NCBI GenBank assembly: GCA_018304505.1 | Contig: JAGVWA010000006.1 | Location: 1 to 43,998 of the forward strand | DNA: 43,998 bases | Reading direction: 5' to 3' | Source of the DNA: Nanobdellati archaeon | GTDB taxonomy: Archaea; B1Sed10-29; JAGVWA01 | In this document: positions 1 through 9,907 of the stretch, one piece after another | Position numbering within the stretch: the first letter of the stretch is position 1 | Layout of the letters: every line of letters begins with the position of its first letter | Program-made: the position numbers and the translations under genes | Notes under the pieces: model-generated | The model's input: the letters and a program-made list of their open reading frames with translations, nothing else | What the model was told of the DNA's origin: nothing | Databases searched by the model: none

Positions 1-79
1 CGATGTCGCCGCCACCGTAGCCCATTGTTCCCTTGCTGGACCTGTACGGAAAGTTGAATGTTAATATTAAGAGTCTCAT
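1..79 (-). CDS. Partial CDS (N-terminus only), probable GT4 glycosyltransferase
   Basis: Reverse strand from ATG at 79 reads MRLLILTFNFPYRSSKGTMGYGGGDI and runs off the window edge. This resembles the GT4 N-terminal strand plus GG loop and follows wecB on the same strand. Confidence 0.6.
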   Translation of the reverse strand, partial: MRLLILTFNFPYRSSKGTMGYGGGDI

Positions 80-152
80 TTTATCCCTTTTCTTAAGAAT
101 TAGCTCATTTGATTTTTAAATAGGTTGTATTGAACGTAGTATGGGTCTTCTT

Positions 153-1250
153 TTAGTTGGCGTTTTCGTTTTTCTTCAGCAAAGTATCAACAATGCGCTT
201 GCTTGCAAATCCATCCCATAATGGGGGCATAGCGCCTTTTTTGTAGGTTCCAGTGAGGATCTCAGTTACTTTAGCTAGTATTAATCTCTTGTTTAATCCG
301 GTTACAGTGTTTGTGCCCACGTCAACTGTTATTGGCCGTTCTGTTTCATCACGTAGAGTTAGGCAGGGGAGTCTTAGATATGTGGTTTCCTCTTGCACAC
401 CCCCAGAATCAGTAACTATGAATTTCGCGTGCATAACTAGATTCAAGAATTCAAGGTACCCTTGAGGTTCGATTATTTTAATGTTTGCTTCTTCAAGTTG
501 TTTAAGCATATTGAATTTTTCCAGATTTGCCTTTGTTCTTGGATGGATAGGCCAAACCAATTGTATTTTTTTACTAATCTCTATTGTTATATCAACGGCT
601 TTCTGTAAATTTTCGCTATCGTCTACGTTTTGCGGCCTGTGCAGTGTCATGATTGCATACCCTTGGTTTGTTAAATTTAATTCACGCCAAGTCTGGAGAT
701 TTTTTGCTTTTTCGATGTTTTGAATTAGAGTGTCTATCATCACGTGCCCAACAAATGAGATTTTATTTGACGGGATCCCCTGACGTATGAGGTTTTGTAT
801 GCCGCTTTCTTCAGTTACAAAAAGGTAATTTGATAGCACGTCTGTGACTATTCTATTTATCTCTTCAGGCATTTCATAATTAAAGCTTCGTAGACCTGCT
901 TCTATATGCGCTAGTTTTATTTTTCTCTTTGCGCATACTATCGCACATGCTAGGGTTGAGGTTACGTCTCCAACAACAATGGCCAAGTCAGGTTTTTGCT
1001 CTTCAACAAGTTTGTCGAACTTTTCGATTATCTGTGCTGTTTGTTCTGCTTGATTTCCGCGAATGCCCAGGTTAATATCCGGCTCGCGTATACCAAGTTC
1101 CTTGAAAAATACATCTGACATGTTGCTGTCATAATGTTGTCCTGTGTGCACTAGGATAGTCTCGATATCAGTTTTGTTTTCTAATTCTTTTAGAATTGGG
1201 GCGATTTTTGGGAAGTTCGGGCGGGCCCCAGCAACAAGTATTATTTTCAT
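153..1250 (-). CDS. wecB: UDP-N-acetylglucosamine 2-epimerase (non-hydrolysing)
   Basis: Motifs GARPNF, HTGQHYD, VVGDV, HIEAGLRS, PEEINR, TDSGGVQEE, TERP. Start moved to ATG 1250 (MKIILVAGARP). Confidence 0.95.
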   Translation of the reverse strand: MKIILVAGARPNFPKIAPILKELENKTDIETILVHTGQHYDSNMSDVFFKELGIREPDINLGIRGNQAEQTAQIIEKFDKLVEEQKPDLAIVVGDVTSTLACAIVCAKRKIKLAHIEAGLRSFNYEMPEEINRIVTDVLSNYLFVTEESGIQNLIRQGIPSNKISFVGHVMIDTLIQNIEKAKNLQTWRELNLTNQGYAIMTLHRPQNVDDSENLQKAVDITIEISKKIQLVWPIHPRTKANLEKFNMLKQLEEANIKIIEPQGYLEFLNLVMHAKFIVTDSGGVQEETTYLRLPCLTLRDETERPITVDVGTNTVTGLNKRLILAKVTEILTGTYKKGAMPPLWDGFASKRIVDTLLKKNENAN

Positions 1251-1356
1251 AAAAGTCACTTTTTCATTTATGTTATTTGATTTTTTATGATTGGATAAGT
1301 TTATAAACATAATTGGCCAAATTTGTTATAACTCTCTTTATAAGGAGGGGGTATTC

Positions 1357-2316
1357 ATGGAGTTTAAAGACAAAATTGTTTTAGTAACTGGGGGCGCGGG
1401 AGCCATAGGCAACAACCTTTGTACGGCATTGCTCGCTGAAGACATAACGAAATTGATAATTATAGATGACTTAAGTTCTGGGCAGGAGGCATTCATACCG
1501 AAGGATGAGCGAATTGAATTTGAGAAAGCATCTGTTATTTATAATGAGGTCTTGTCGAGAATTTTCTCAAAAAATAAAATTGATATTGTTTATCATCTAG
1601 CAGCCAATTTCGCCAACCAGAATTCTGTTGATCATCCAGAAAAAGACTTGGAGGTTAATGGGATGGGAACTTTAAGGGTGCTGAAACATTGTGCGGATTA
1701 TGGTGTTAAGCGTTTTGTCTACACATCCTCATCCTGTGTTTATGGGGATATGAATGGTCAAGTTTCTGAAAAAAATGTTGTATACCACTTGGACACGCCA
1801 TATGCTATCACAAAGCTATTGGGCGAGAGATATGCCACATACTTCAGAGAACATTATGGAGTGGAGACTGTAACTCTGAGGTTGTTCAATTCATTTGGTC
1901 CAGGAGAACTTCCTGGAAAATACAGGAATGTCATACCTAATTTCGTTGCCAAGGCCATAAACAAAGAGCCCCTGCCGATTATGGGCTCAGGCGAGGAAAC
2001 GAGAGACTTTAATTATGTTGATAATGTTATTCAAGCACTACTGCTCTCTGTAAAAGTTGACAAGGCAGTAGGTGGCACCTTCAACATTGGTTCCGGAAAA
2101 GAAACAGCTGTACGAAAAATAGCTGAAATTATTAATAAAATTACTGGTAATAATGCTAGATTTGCCAATATCCCAAAGCGCAGTTGGGATAGCGTCAATA
2201 GAAGAAGTGCAGACATTTCACATGCTCAAGAGATCCTTGGTTACTCACCGGTAAATGATTTAGAATCGCAAATCAGACACACATATGAGTGGATACTCAA
2301 TGAAACGGCTGAATAG
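1357..2316 (+). CDS. NAD-dependent nucleotide-sugar epimerase/dehydratase (extended SDR)
   Basis: VTGGAGAIG, HLAA, SSSCVYG, YAITK (YxxxK), RLFNSFGP, TRDFNYV. GGAGGGGG SD-like sequence before ATG 1357. Confidence 0.92.
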   Translation: MEFKDKIVLVTGGAGAIGNNLCTALLAEDITKLIIIDDLSSGQEAFIPKDERIEFEKASVIYNEVLSRIFSKNKIDIVYHLAANFANQNSVDHPEKDLEVNGMGTLRVLKHCADYGVKRFVYTSSSCVYGDMNGQVSEKNVVYHLDTPYAITKLLGERYATYFREHYGVETVTLRLFNSFGPGELPGKYRNVIPNFVAKAINKEPLPIMGSGEETRDFNYVDNVIQALLLSVKVDKAVGGTFNIGSGKETAVRKIAEIINKITGNNARFANIPKRSWDSVNRRSADISHAQEILGYSPVNDLESQIRHTYEWILNETAE

Positions 2317-3388
2317 AAAAACTATTCTCCTGGCAATTCCACGACCATGGGATCAGATGTGGGGGCAGGAAAAGGATTTGATAAATGAGCTTAATTCGAC
2401 TTATGACATTACTGTTTTGGAGTGGTTTGATAGGGACAACTTTGAAAGGAAGTATACTATTCCAAACAACACCCAGATTGTGTTCCGAAAAACCAAAATA
2501 AATAGGGGGCTTGCCTCGACAATATCAAACACGGTGCGTTCTATTACAGATGTCTTGAAGTATCCGCATGACATATACATTACATATAACACACTAAGCA
2601 ATACTTTTGCTCTTATTCTTGAAAAGCTTAGGGGTAAAAAGGTCCTTTTAATTTATGCTGATGACCTACCTGAATTATACAAGACCAATTCATATCTTGC
2701 TTATTGGTTAACTAAGTACATTGCGAATCCGATAGCGTCTAGGGTGGCAAATAAGATTGTTGTAACTGCATCACTTCTTGAAAAAGACATTGATGTAGGG
2801 CACAAAACGACATGGATTCCCAATGGGGTAAATCTATCATTAATAAAGAGAACCAAATTAAAGAAATCTGGAAGATTCACTGTTGGTTTTGTCGGTGGAT
2901 TTGGTAATTGGGTTGATTTTGATATTGTCATAAGTGTAGCGCAGAGAAATATGGATATTGATTTTCTGCTCGTTGGGGATGGAGAAGAATATTCATATGT
3001 TAAAAACAAAACCAAGGGTTTGAAGAATGTTATCTTGACTGGAATGGTGCACAAAGACAGGGCGAATGGGTATATGGGCATGATGAGTGTCTGCCTTATC
3101 CCATTCAAGAAAAACCGTGTGACTGACCGCGTTTCTCCAATAAAGCTGTTTGAATATTGGGGCCATGGAAAACCGGTTATAGTTTCTAGGTGTTATGAGA
3201 TGGTAAAAACTGGTAAAGACCTTGTGTTGTATGCAGACAACGCTGAGGAATTAGAGCAACAGATTTTAAAACTAGAGAATGACGATAGGCTTAGAAGCGC
3301 ACTGGCAAAAAAATCTATCAACGAAGTCAAGAATTTCGATTGGAAGGTGCTAGGGCATAAATATAAGGAGATACTTAAGTCTCTTTGA
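2300..3388 (+). CDS. GT4 (GT-B) glycosyltransferase
   Basis: IPNGV, GFVGG, LVGDGE, SPIKLFEY..GKPVI, FDW near the C-terminus. The start overlaps the upstream gene and is uncertain (2285 or 2300). Confidence 0.88.
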   Translation: MKRLNRKTILLAIPRPWDQMWGQEKDLINELNSTYDITVLEWFDRDNFERKYTIPNNTQIVFRKTKINRGLASTISNTVRSITDVLKYPHDIYITYNTLSNTFALILEKLRGKKVLLIYADDLPELYKTNSYLAYWLTKYIANPIASRVANKIVVTASLLEKDIDVGHKTTWIPNGVNLSLIKRTKLKKSGRFTVGFVGGFGNWVDFDIVISVAQRNMDIDFLLVGDGEEYSYVKNKTKGLKNVILTGMVHKDRANGYMGMMSVCLIPFKKNRVTDRVSPIKLFEYWGHGKPVIVSRCYEMVKTGKDLVLYADNAEELEQQILKLENDDRLRSALAKKSINEVKNFDWKVLGHKYKEILKSL

Positions 3389-3417
3389 GTTGTAGGTCTC
3401 TTTAGCTAGGTGATTTA

Positions 3418-4119
3418 ATGAAAAAATACTTTATGCCAGATCTTAATAAACACTTGACAGAAGAGGAGTTAAAAGGTCATTATAACACATCCTTTGATCA
3501 GTTACTTGCACTTTCAAAACAGACGTTGATTAACAAGCGGCGTCAGGAATTTCTTTTAAGAGAGGATATTTTCTCAGGAAGAAAAAAGATCTTGGACGTT
3601 GGTTGCTACATAGGATTGATTTCTAGGTTCATAGCTGAAAAATACCCTCGGAGTGAGGTTGTTGGAATTGATGTTGTCAAAGAGTTTATAGAGGCTGCAA
3701 ATGTGCTGTCGAAATCTCCAAATACTTCGTTTATTCATGGGAACATCCTAACAGCAAAGATCAAGGAGAAGTTTGACGTCATTATCTTTTTAGAAACGAT
3801 AGAGCATGTTGATAACCCTATTGGGATGATCAGGCATTTTCATAAGCTGTTGAACAAAGGGGGCACATTGATTATTTCAACACCCGACTGCACAGGCATT
3901 ACTAACGTACTTAGGAACATAAAACACAAATCCCTAGAGTTCATAAAACATGAAAAACAAAACTCTGGAACAGAAGCAGACCACTTGTATTGCTGGGACA
4001 AGATAACACTAACAAGGTTGCTTAATCGGAATGGTTTTGAATTAGTCGACTTTTTTGTGAGTCAAAAATACAATCCGTGTGTATATCAGAGTTTGGTCAT
4101 GGTTTCTAAAAAGAGATAA
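3418..4119 (+). CDS. Class I SAM-dependent methyltransferase
   Basis: ILDVGCYIG, GID, FDVIIFLETIEHV, L..GG.LIISTP. AGGTGA SD before the ATG. Confidence 0.9.
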   Translation: MKKYFMPDLNKHLTEEELKGHYNTSFDQLLALSKQTLINKRRQEFLLREDIFSGRKKILDVGCYIGLISRFIAEKYPRSEVVGIDVVKEFIEAANVLSKSPNTSFIHGNILTAKIKEKFDVIIFLETIEHVDNPIGMIRHFHKLLNKGGTLIISTPDCTGITNVLRNIKHKSLEFIKHEKQNSGTEADHLYCWDKITLTRLLNRNGFELVDFFVSQKYNPCVYQSLVMVSKKR

Positions 4120-4126
4120 GCAAAAA

Positions 4127-4975
4127 TTAGGGGGTGTTATATTTGCCAGCTAATTTTTTTACGGTATCGAGCATTGTTAGGGTTTTGATGCCCTTATCAT
4201 TGATGATCTCGAAAATCTTTCCCAACCTATTGCTTATTATGTCTAAAGGGTCAACATAGATATTTAAAATTTGTTTGCGTTCAAGTGACATGTCGATCAG
4301 CTTAGCGAAGATGTCAAAGAATTCACTTTTTGAGTGCTTTGTTGTTGGAGATCTGAATGAGTGAAAAGTATCAAATGGGGAATAAAAGTGCTTAGGGCAG
4401 GAAGTTACTGGAAACTCATATAAGTTTTTCCTTACTTTAAATGGCGCTATATGTCCTGAAACTGAAGAAGTTGTTGAAGATGAGTACAACATTTTTTCTT
4501 TCTCGAGAATATCATAAACGCTAACTTCAAACTCTGACCCAAAGTGAGGAAACCTAAATCCTAGCGGCTTGGTTTTAAGGAGCTTGTTGCAGATAGTATT
4601 ACACTTGGATATCTCATTTTCTTTTTCTTTGGTTGTCAGGGAACGATATTTCGGTGTTTTTAATTCATCATTATACGGGTGAGAGTAGGTGTGATTTACT
4701 ATCTCATGTTTCCGTCGTACGATCTCCTTGTGGATTTCAGGAAACTCCTCGACATACATCCCGACAACTGCAAAACTGGCCTTGATGCTATGCGTTTTCA
4801 TTATATCAATCAGCAAAGGGATTGATTCAACATCCTTTTTATAGTCCATATCGTAAGATATTGAAATGGTTCCTATTTGCCCATTGTGAGCGTATAAATT
4901 GTTGAATATCTGCTTGCCGTAGAGCTTGTTAGTTATTCGCTTTAGTACAAAATTTGTTTTCCAATATTGATGCAT
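4127..4975 (-). CDS. Polysaccharide deacetylase (CE4/NodB-like)
   Basis: SISYDMD, ASFAVVG, HEIVNHTYSHP, GFRFP. Start moved to ATG 4975 after GAGGGACGTGAT to avoid overlap with the divergent gene. Confidence 0.85.
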   Translation of the reverse strand: MHQYWKTNFVLKRITNKLYGKQIFNNLYAHNGQIGTISISYDMDYKKDVESIPLLIDIMKTHSIKASFAVVGMYVEEFPEIHKEIVRRKHEIVNHTYSHPYNDELKTPKYRSLTTKEKENEISKCNTICNKLLKTKPLGFRFPHFGSEFEVSVYDILEKEKMLYSSSTTSSVSGHIAPFKVRKNLYEFPVTSCPKHFYSPFDTFHSFRSPTTKHSKSEFFDIFAKLIDMSLERKQILNIYVDPLDIISNRLGKIFEIINDKGIKTLTMLDTVKKLAGKYNTP

Positions 4976-5054
4976 ATCACGTCCCTCTAGATCTATTTCA
5001 GAGATAAGAAGATATATAAATGCAGTGCATCTTAAGGAGAGTAGAGGGGTTTTT

Positions 5055-5936
5055 GTGTTTAATTGTCCGTATTGTGTTGCAGCATTAAAAAAAACAGGCG
5101 AAGGGTTTACATGCAATAAATGTATGGCATCTTTTGCTCCCGACAAGAATGGGATCTATTCAATAACCAAGGACAAAAAAAAGCTGGTCGAAGAAATTAA
5201 GAGGCTGGGAAAGCAAAAGCCAGGCTGGTATAATGAATCTCAAATAGTTTATGTTACCAATGGCCCATATAAGTGGCAGTACATAGTTAGGAAACAGCAC
5301 TTACTGGATGAGATTAGACGGCTATACAAAAAGAAAAAATTCAATACATATCTTGATCTAGGCTGTGGAGATGGCGTAAACTTAAAAGACATCGTAGATG
5401 AATTCGGTGACGCATTCGATATTTATGGAATTGATTATAATTATGATCGGTTAGTAAGGGCCAAGCATTTCATTAAAAACAAAAATGTCTCGTTGGTTCA
5501 TGTTGACATAAATGAGGATGTTATCCGGCCGAATTCATTTGATGTAATCTTGTTCAATCATGTTCTAGAGCATATCCACGATGATGAAGGCGCGCTAAAA
5601 AAAGTTCATTCGTACCTGAAAAGAGGAGCTCATCTAATATTGGGCATTCCCCAGGAAGGCATATTATACTTCCAGTTTAGGGATAGAGTTCTCGAGCCGT
5701 ATATCATGTGGAAAACAGATCATGTCCAGTTTTATACTGAGGGGAGCATATCAGAAAAGCTTAAAAAGCATAAATTTAAAATTGAAAAGGTAGTAAGAAT
5801 GAATTATGCGTTCCCGCACTCAATTATCGATAAGCATCTGAGAAAGTATAAGCGGATCCATGATGTTTTTGAACGTGTAGGCTCTCGATTCGCCCCCGGT
5901 ATTGCTGGGGCACTGCAGATCACGTGCGAAAAATAA
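5055..5936 (+). CDS. Class I SAM-dependent methyltransferase with N-terminal Zn-ribbon
   Basis: CPYC...CNKC at the N-terminus, then YLDLGCGDG, GID, FDVILFNHVLEHI. GTG start at 5055 after GAGGGG. Confidence 0.88.
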   Translation: MFNCPYCVAALKKTGEGFTCNKCMASFAPDKNGIYSITKDKKKLVEEIKRLGKQKPGWYNESQIVYVTNGPYKWQYIVRKQHLLDEIRRLYKKKKFNTYLDLGCGDGVNLKDIVDEFGDAFDIYGIDYNYDRLVRAKHFIKNKNVSLVHVDINEDVIRPNSFDVILFNHVLEHIHDDEGALKKVHSYLKRGAHLILGIPQEGILYFQFRDRVLEPYIMWKTDHVQFYTEGSISEKLKKHKFKIEKVVRMNYAFPHSIIDKHLRKYKRIHDVFERVGSRFAPGIAGALQITCEK

Positions 5937-5968
5937 TTCGGAAGAATACAATCAACGTAGGCGATGCA

Positions 5969-7105
5969 ATGACAACTTTATTAACAATACCAATGGATTC
6001 CCCAGGAGTTTACATAAAAAAAGGGGAAATTAAGGCAGGATACTACAACCCCGACAATTTTTTCGATAAGGTTATAGTTTTGCTCTTTGGCGAAAAACTA
6101 GAGGGGGATCTTGAAGGCGCAAAGTTGATGGCTGGCAAAGCTAATGTTGAGGTAGTATATATTCAAGGAAGAACAAATATTGAATTAATATCTAAGATGC
6201 AGCAAAACATAAAAAGAGCTTTTGACGGCAAAGATTTTGATGTAATACGAGCATATGATCCGATAATAACTGGCTATGCGGCATACCTTATCAGTAAGCA
6301 GTTTGAAAAACCATATGTGGTTTCGATCCATGGGGATTATGATAGAGACATACGGTATTTAGAACTGTGGCGTAAGGGTAGATATTTCAAGTATTTATTG
6401 TACGCATTGTGGGATCGCTTATTTGAGAGAAAAATACTTAAGACGGCTGAGAAGGTAATCTCCGTGTATCCATTTGGCATTGACTATATAAAAGGGAAGG
6501 GTGTTAGCGAGGATAAAATTGAATTAATATTCAACAAGGTTGATCTTTCAAGGTTCAAGCCTAAGAAAGTAAAACATGATAAATTCACAATCATAAATGT
6601 AGGGCGTTTTGTTCTTGACAAAAATCAGGAAGTTCTGATCCGGGCTATGCGAGATATCGATGCAAAGCTGGTGCTAATTGGCGATGGCCCTGAAAGGGAC
6701 AGGCTAGTGAAGTTAGCAGATGACTTGGGGGTTTCAAACAATATCGAGTTCATAAAATCTGTAGAAAATAAGAAGATTCACTTGAAATACCAAGCCGCAG
6801 ACCTTTACGCAACAGGAATTTTATATGGAGGCGTTGTCATTCCGGTACTAGAAGCGCTTGCTTGCGGCTTACCTTTGGTGCAGAGCAAATCAATATTTGG
6901 TGACAAGCTAGATACTGTTGATGATATCGCTTATAAAATCGAGAATACACCAGAGGCGTTTTCGAAAGCAATTAACTATCTAGTAAAAAATGCCGCGTTA
7001 CGAAAAAAATTATCAGAAAAGGGCCTAGCGTTTATAAAGACCATTGACAAGAAGAGAATGGAGAAAAAGGAAGTCAGGCTATACAAGACGGTGCTACGGC
7101 GATAA
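5969..7105 (+). CDS. GT4 (GT-B) glycosyltransferase
   Basis: SIHG, NKVD, NVGRF..DKNQ, IGDGP, VLEALACGLPLV. Confidence 0.9.
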   Translation: MTTLLTIPMDSPGVYIKKGEIKAGYYNPDNFFDKVIVLLFGEKLEGDLEGAKLMAGKANVEVVYIQGRTNIELISKMQQNIKRAFDGKDFDVIRAYDPIITGYAAYLISKQFEKPYVVSIHGDYDRDIRYLELWRKGRYFKYLLYALWDRLFERKILKTAEKVISVYPFGIDYIKGKGVSEDKIELIFNKVDLSRFKPKKVKHDKFTIINVGRFVLDKNQEVLIRAMRDIDAKLVLIGDGPERDRLVKLADDLGVSNNIEFIKSVENKKIHLKYQAADLYATGILYGGVVIPVLEALACGLPLVQSKSIFGDKLDTVDDIAYKIENTPEAFSKAINYLVKNAALRKKLSEKGLAFIKTIDKKRMEKKEVRLYKTVLRR

Positions 7106-7107
7106 AA

Positions 7108-8067
7108 ATGACGTATAATATAACGATTTCTGAAGTTGCGCCCAGCAGATGGGATGAAAAAATAAAACTGGATGTTGGGGGAAATATATTCCAAACCACA
7201 ATGTGGGCAGGTTACATGAAAGAAAAAGTTAGTGCAGAACCAAGGTATCTAACGGTTTTTCAAGATGGTCAAGAGGTTGCTGTGCTCTTGTATTTTATCA
7301 TTGGCAAGGGCTCAGAGGTTTTTGCGAATTATTATGGTGGCAAAATCTTAGCATATACTTCACGAGTACTTTTTCCAAAGGTGACCTGGATTGGAGGCCC
7401 GCTTTTTTTAAAGCGTCTTACTCAAGATGAGAAAAAAGGCGTGGTGCGTTTAATATTAAAGCAAATAAATGGAAAACGTATATTTGCTACATTTAATGAG
7501 TATTTTGAGTTCTTGCAGCAACACCAAGAAACATTTATTGTTGATCTTAAGCATGATGAAAAAAGACTTTTTGCAGGTCTACAGAAAAACGTTAGAAATT
7601 CGATAACACGCTCATTTAGGGCAGGTCTCAATTATAATGTTACCAACAAGGAAGAAGATCTTATGAAGTATCTTCATGTATTACAGCAGAATAGGCAACG
7701 TGCTGGTCTTGGCTTACCCCCACACTTTCCTAGTACCATGATGAAAAAATATCTTAGAGATCATATGTGGGTTGTTTTGATTTTGAAAGGCACCGACACA
7801 CTGGCTGCAATAGGCGTTCTCGAGTACAATGGTAACATTATCGAGATCGCGCCCGCTATCTCAGATTTTGGTTTTCAGAAGTATAGTTTTGTTGGCGATT
7901 GTTTAAATTGGTCATTAATTAAATGGGGTAGCGAAAATAATTTCAGAACATATGATCTTGCGGGTGTGGAGCCCTCATCAAGTGATCCTAAGATAATTGG
8001 AATTTTTAATTTTAAGAAGAAATTCGGTGGGCAATTGCTGAAGAGGAGTATGATCTGGAAAACTTAG
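7108..8067 (+). CDS. FemAB/FemX-like GNAT protein (lipid II:glycine glycyltransferase-like)
   Basis: N-terminal GNIFQTTMWA, WIGGP, TFIVDL...L.KNVRNSI.R, LNW.LIKW, YDLAG, GIFNFKKKFGG: the FemAB-family pattern. Confidence 0.8.
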   Translation: MTYNITISEVAPSRWDEKIKLDVGGNIFQTTMWAGYMKEKVSAEPRYLTVFQDGQEVAVLLYFIIGKGSEVFANYYGGKILAYTSRVLFPKVTWIGGPLFLKRLTQDEKKGVVRLILKQINGKRIFATFNEYFEFLQQHQETFIVDLKHDEKRLFAGLQKNVRNSITRSFRAGLNYNVTNKEEDLMKYLHVLQQNRQRAGLGLPPHFPSTMMKKYLRDHMWVVLILKGTDTLAAIGVLEYNGNIIEIAPAISDFGFQKYSFVGDCLNWSLIKWGSENNFRTYDLAGVEPSSSDPKIIGIFNFKKKFGGQLLKRSMIWKT

Positions 8068-8079
8068 TAGAAGTGATGA

Positions 8080-9270
8080 ATGATGTTAATCAGAGTGGCA
8101 TTTACTAGTCCGTATTGGAGTCTTTATGATTTGTTTGTTTCATTGTTTAGAAAAGGGGCAACTGAAGAGTTAAGAGGTTTAATAAGGAAAAAAACGCTGT
8201 CTAAGGAGGTTATGCTATTTGATTCTGGGACGAGTGCTATTTATGCTGCGTTAAAAACTCTTAAATTGAAGGAGGGGAATCTCGTTGCAGTGCCGTCTTT
8301 TATTTGCCGTGCCGTTCCCCGAGCTATAGTAGCTGCAGGGTGCATCCCATTTTTTATAGACATTGATGACGAATATGGCGTTGATTATAATTCGTTGAAA
8401 AAAGCAATAAAGACGAGGAAAATTAAAGCGGCTATTATCGTGTATCAGTATGGTAAGGTGCCAAGCAACACGAAAAAAATAATTTCATTATGTAGACAGA
8501 ATAACATAAAGGTTATCGAAGACGCGGCCGTGACAGGTCTTTATGAGACCTCATTTGGCTTAACGGGAACACTTGGGGATGTGTCAATAATAAGCTTCAA
8601 TATCGGCAAACTAATAACTGGACTGGGTGGGGGCGCACTTATCCTGAACGATCCAAAATTAGTAAGCAGAGATATTATCGTAAATACTAGTATTCAACCT
8701 ATGCTGAAAAAGTTGAACACTATTGTATACTTTCTGTTTCGAATAAAATACAAAAAAATGCTCTTTCCCTTTTATTATATGCTGAAAAAAATTAGGGGGG
8801 CAGAATTAAAGGGGGACTCGGACTTATGTCGATTTGATGAAGGGCTCTCAGAGACTGTAACTCCATATGGGATCGCTAATTTTCAGGCACATTGTGCGTA
8901 TGTAGTAATGAATAAACAAAAACAGATTTTAAATGACTGCAAGATAACAGCTGAAGCATATACTAAGCTATTGGACAGCAAGAAAGTAAATGTCCTTCCA
9001 TTGGTTGACAATACCAATGCCAAGGTTGTTATTAGAGTCCAAAATAGGGATAGACTGCAGCAGGAACTCCTAAAAAAAGGAATCGAAACACAATGGACAT
9101 TCTATCCCTGCCACAAACAGCGGCAATTTATAGGCTTCCCAAAAACTAAAATGCCGAGAACAGACCGCGTTTGGAAGCAAACCCTTATGATGCCGAGCGG
9201 ATATAATGTTCCGCATAATCAAATAAGATCAATAGCAGAGGTCGTTAACAATGAAGCAAGCAAGAATTAG
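8080..9270 (+). CDS. DegT/DnrJ/EryC1/StrS PLP-dependent sugar aminotransferase
   Basis: DSGTSAI, VPSFIC, VIEDAA, and SFNIGK with the PLP lysine followed by GGG. Confidence 0.9.
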   Translation: MMLIRVAFTSPYWSLYDLFVSLFRKGATEELRGLIRKKTLSKEVMLFDSGTSAIYAALKTLKLKEGNLVAVPSFICRAVPRAIVAAGCIPFFIDIDDEYGVDYNSLKKAIKTRKIKAAIIVYQYGKVPSNTKKIISLCRQNNIKVIEDAAVTGLYETSFGLTGTLGDVSIISFNIGKLITGLGGGALILNDPKLVSRDIIVNTSIQPMLKKLNTIVYFLFRIKYKKMLFPFYYMLKKIRGAELKGDSDLCRFDEGLSETVTPYGIANFQAHCAYVVMNKQKQILNDCKITAEAYTKLLDSKKVNVLPLVDNTNAKVVIRVQNRDRLQQELLKKGIETQWTFYPCHKQRQFIGFPKTKMPRTDRVWKQTLMMPSGYNVPHNQIRSIAEVVNNEASKN

Positions 9271-9907
9271 CAGTGATGTGGAGAAAACAGTTGAGTACTA
9301 TGATAAATTAGCCGATGGGTACAGCAAGATTTTACGCCCGTGGCGAATTGAATTGCTTGAGAAATACTTTACTGGTCGGCATAAGACGGTGCTCGAAATC
9401 GGGTGTGGCACTGGGAATTACCTTGCTGCAATTAACGTTGATAAGAAAATCGGAATTGACATCTCGAAAAAGAGCCTGCAGATAGCAAAAAAGCGCAAAG
9501 GCCTAAAGACAGCACGTTTAATTCATGGTTTCGCAGAGGATCTTCCAATAAAGTCGAATTCAGTTGACTTTGTATTTTCCTACAGCGCGCTATACAATAT
9601 GCCTGATCAAAGAAAAGTGATAAATGAAATCAAGAGGGTGTTAAGGTCGGGGGGCGTTGCTGTGCTTGAATTTCAAAATATGTATTCTCCTGTCAGCATG
9701 CATAGCAAACTATTGTTTGATGTGCCCCAGTATTTCATGTCAGAAAGAGAAATTAACAAAGTTCTTAAAGAAGAAGGGTTTGATGTTATTGATATCCAGC
9801 ATAGACAAATCATTCCCGGATACCTGGCACCAAATGATTTTAGGGTAGAACTTCCATTACTAAAAAACATTTGTCTCAAGCTAATTTATGTTGTTAGAAA
9901 AAAATAG
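9251..9907 (+). CDS. Class I SAM-dependent methyltransferase
   Basis: VLEIGCGTG, GIDIS, AEDLP...SVDFVFS, EIKRVLRSGG. Confidence 0.9.
   Translation: MKQARISSDVEKTVEYYDKLADGYSKILRPWRIELLEKYFTGRHKTVLEIGCGTGNYLAAINVDKKIGIDISKKSLQIAKKRKGLKTARLIHGFAEDLPIKSNSVDFVFSYSALYNMPDQRKVINEIKRVLRSGGVAVLEFQNMYSPVSMHSKLLFDVPQYFMSEREINKVLKEEGFDVIDIQHRQIIPGYLAPNDFRVELPLLKNICLKLIYVVRKK

Noticed and set aside
4976-5146. Upstream extension of the deacetylase ORF
   Set aside because: It overlaps the divergent methyltransferase, and ATG 4975 has a good SD-like site.
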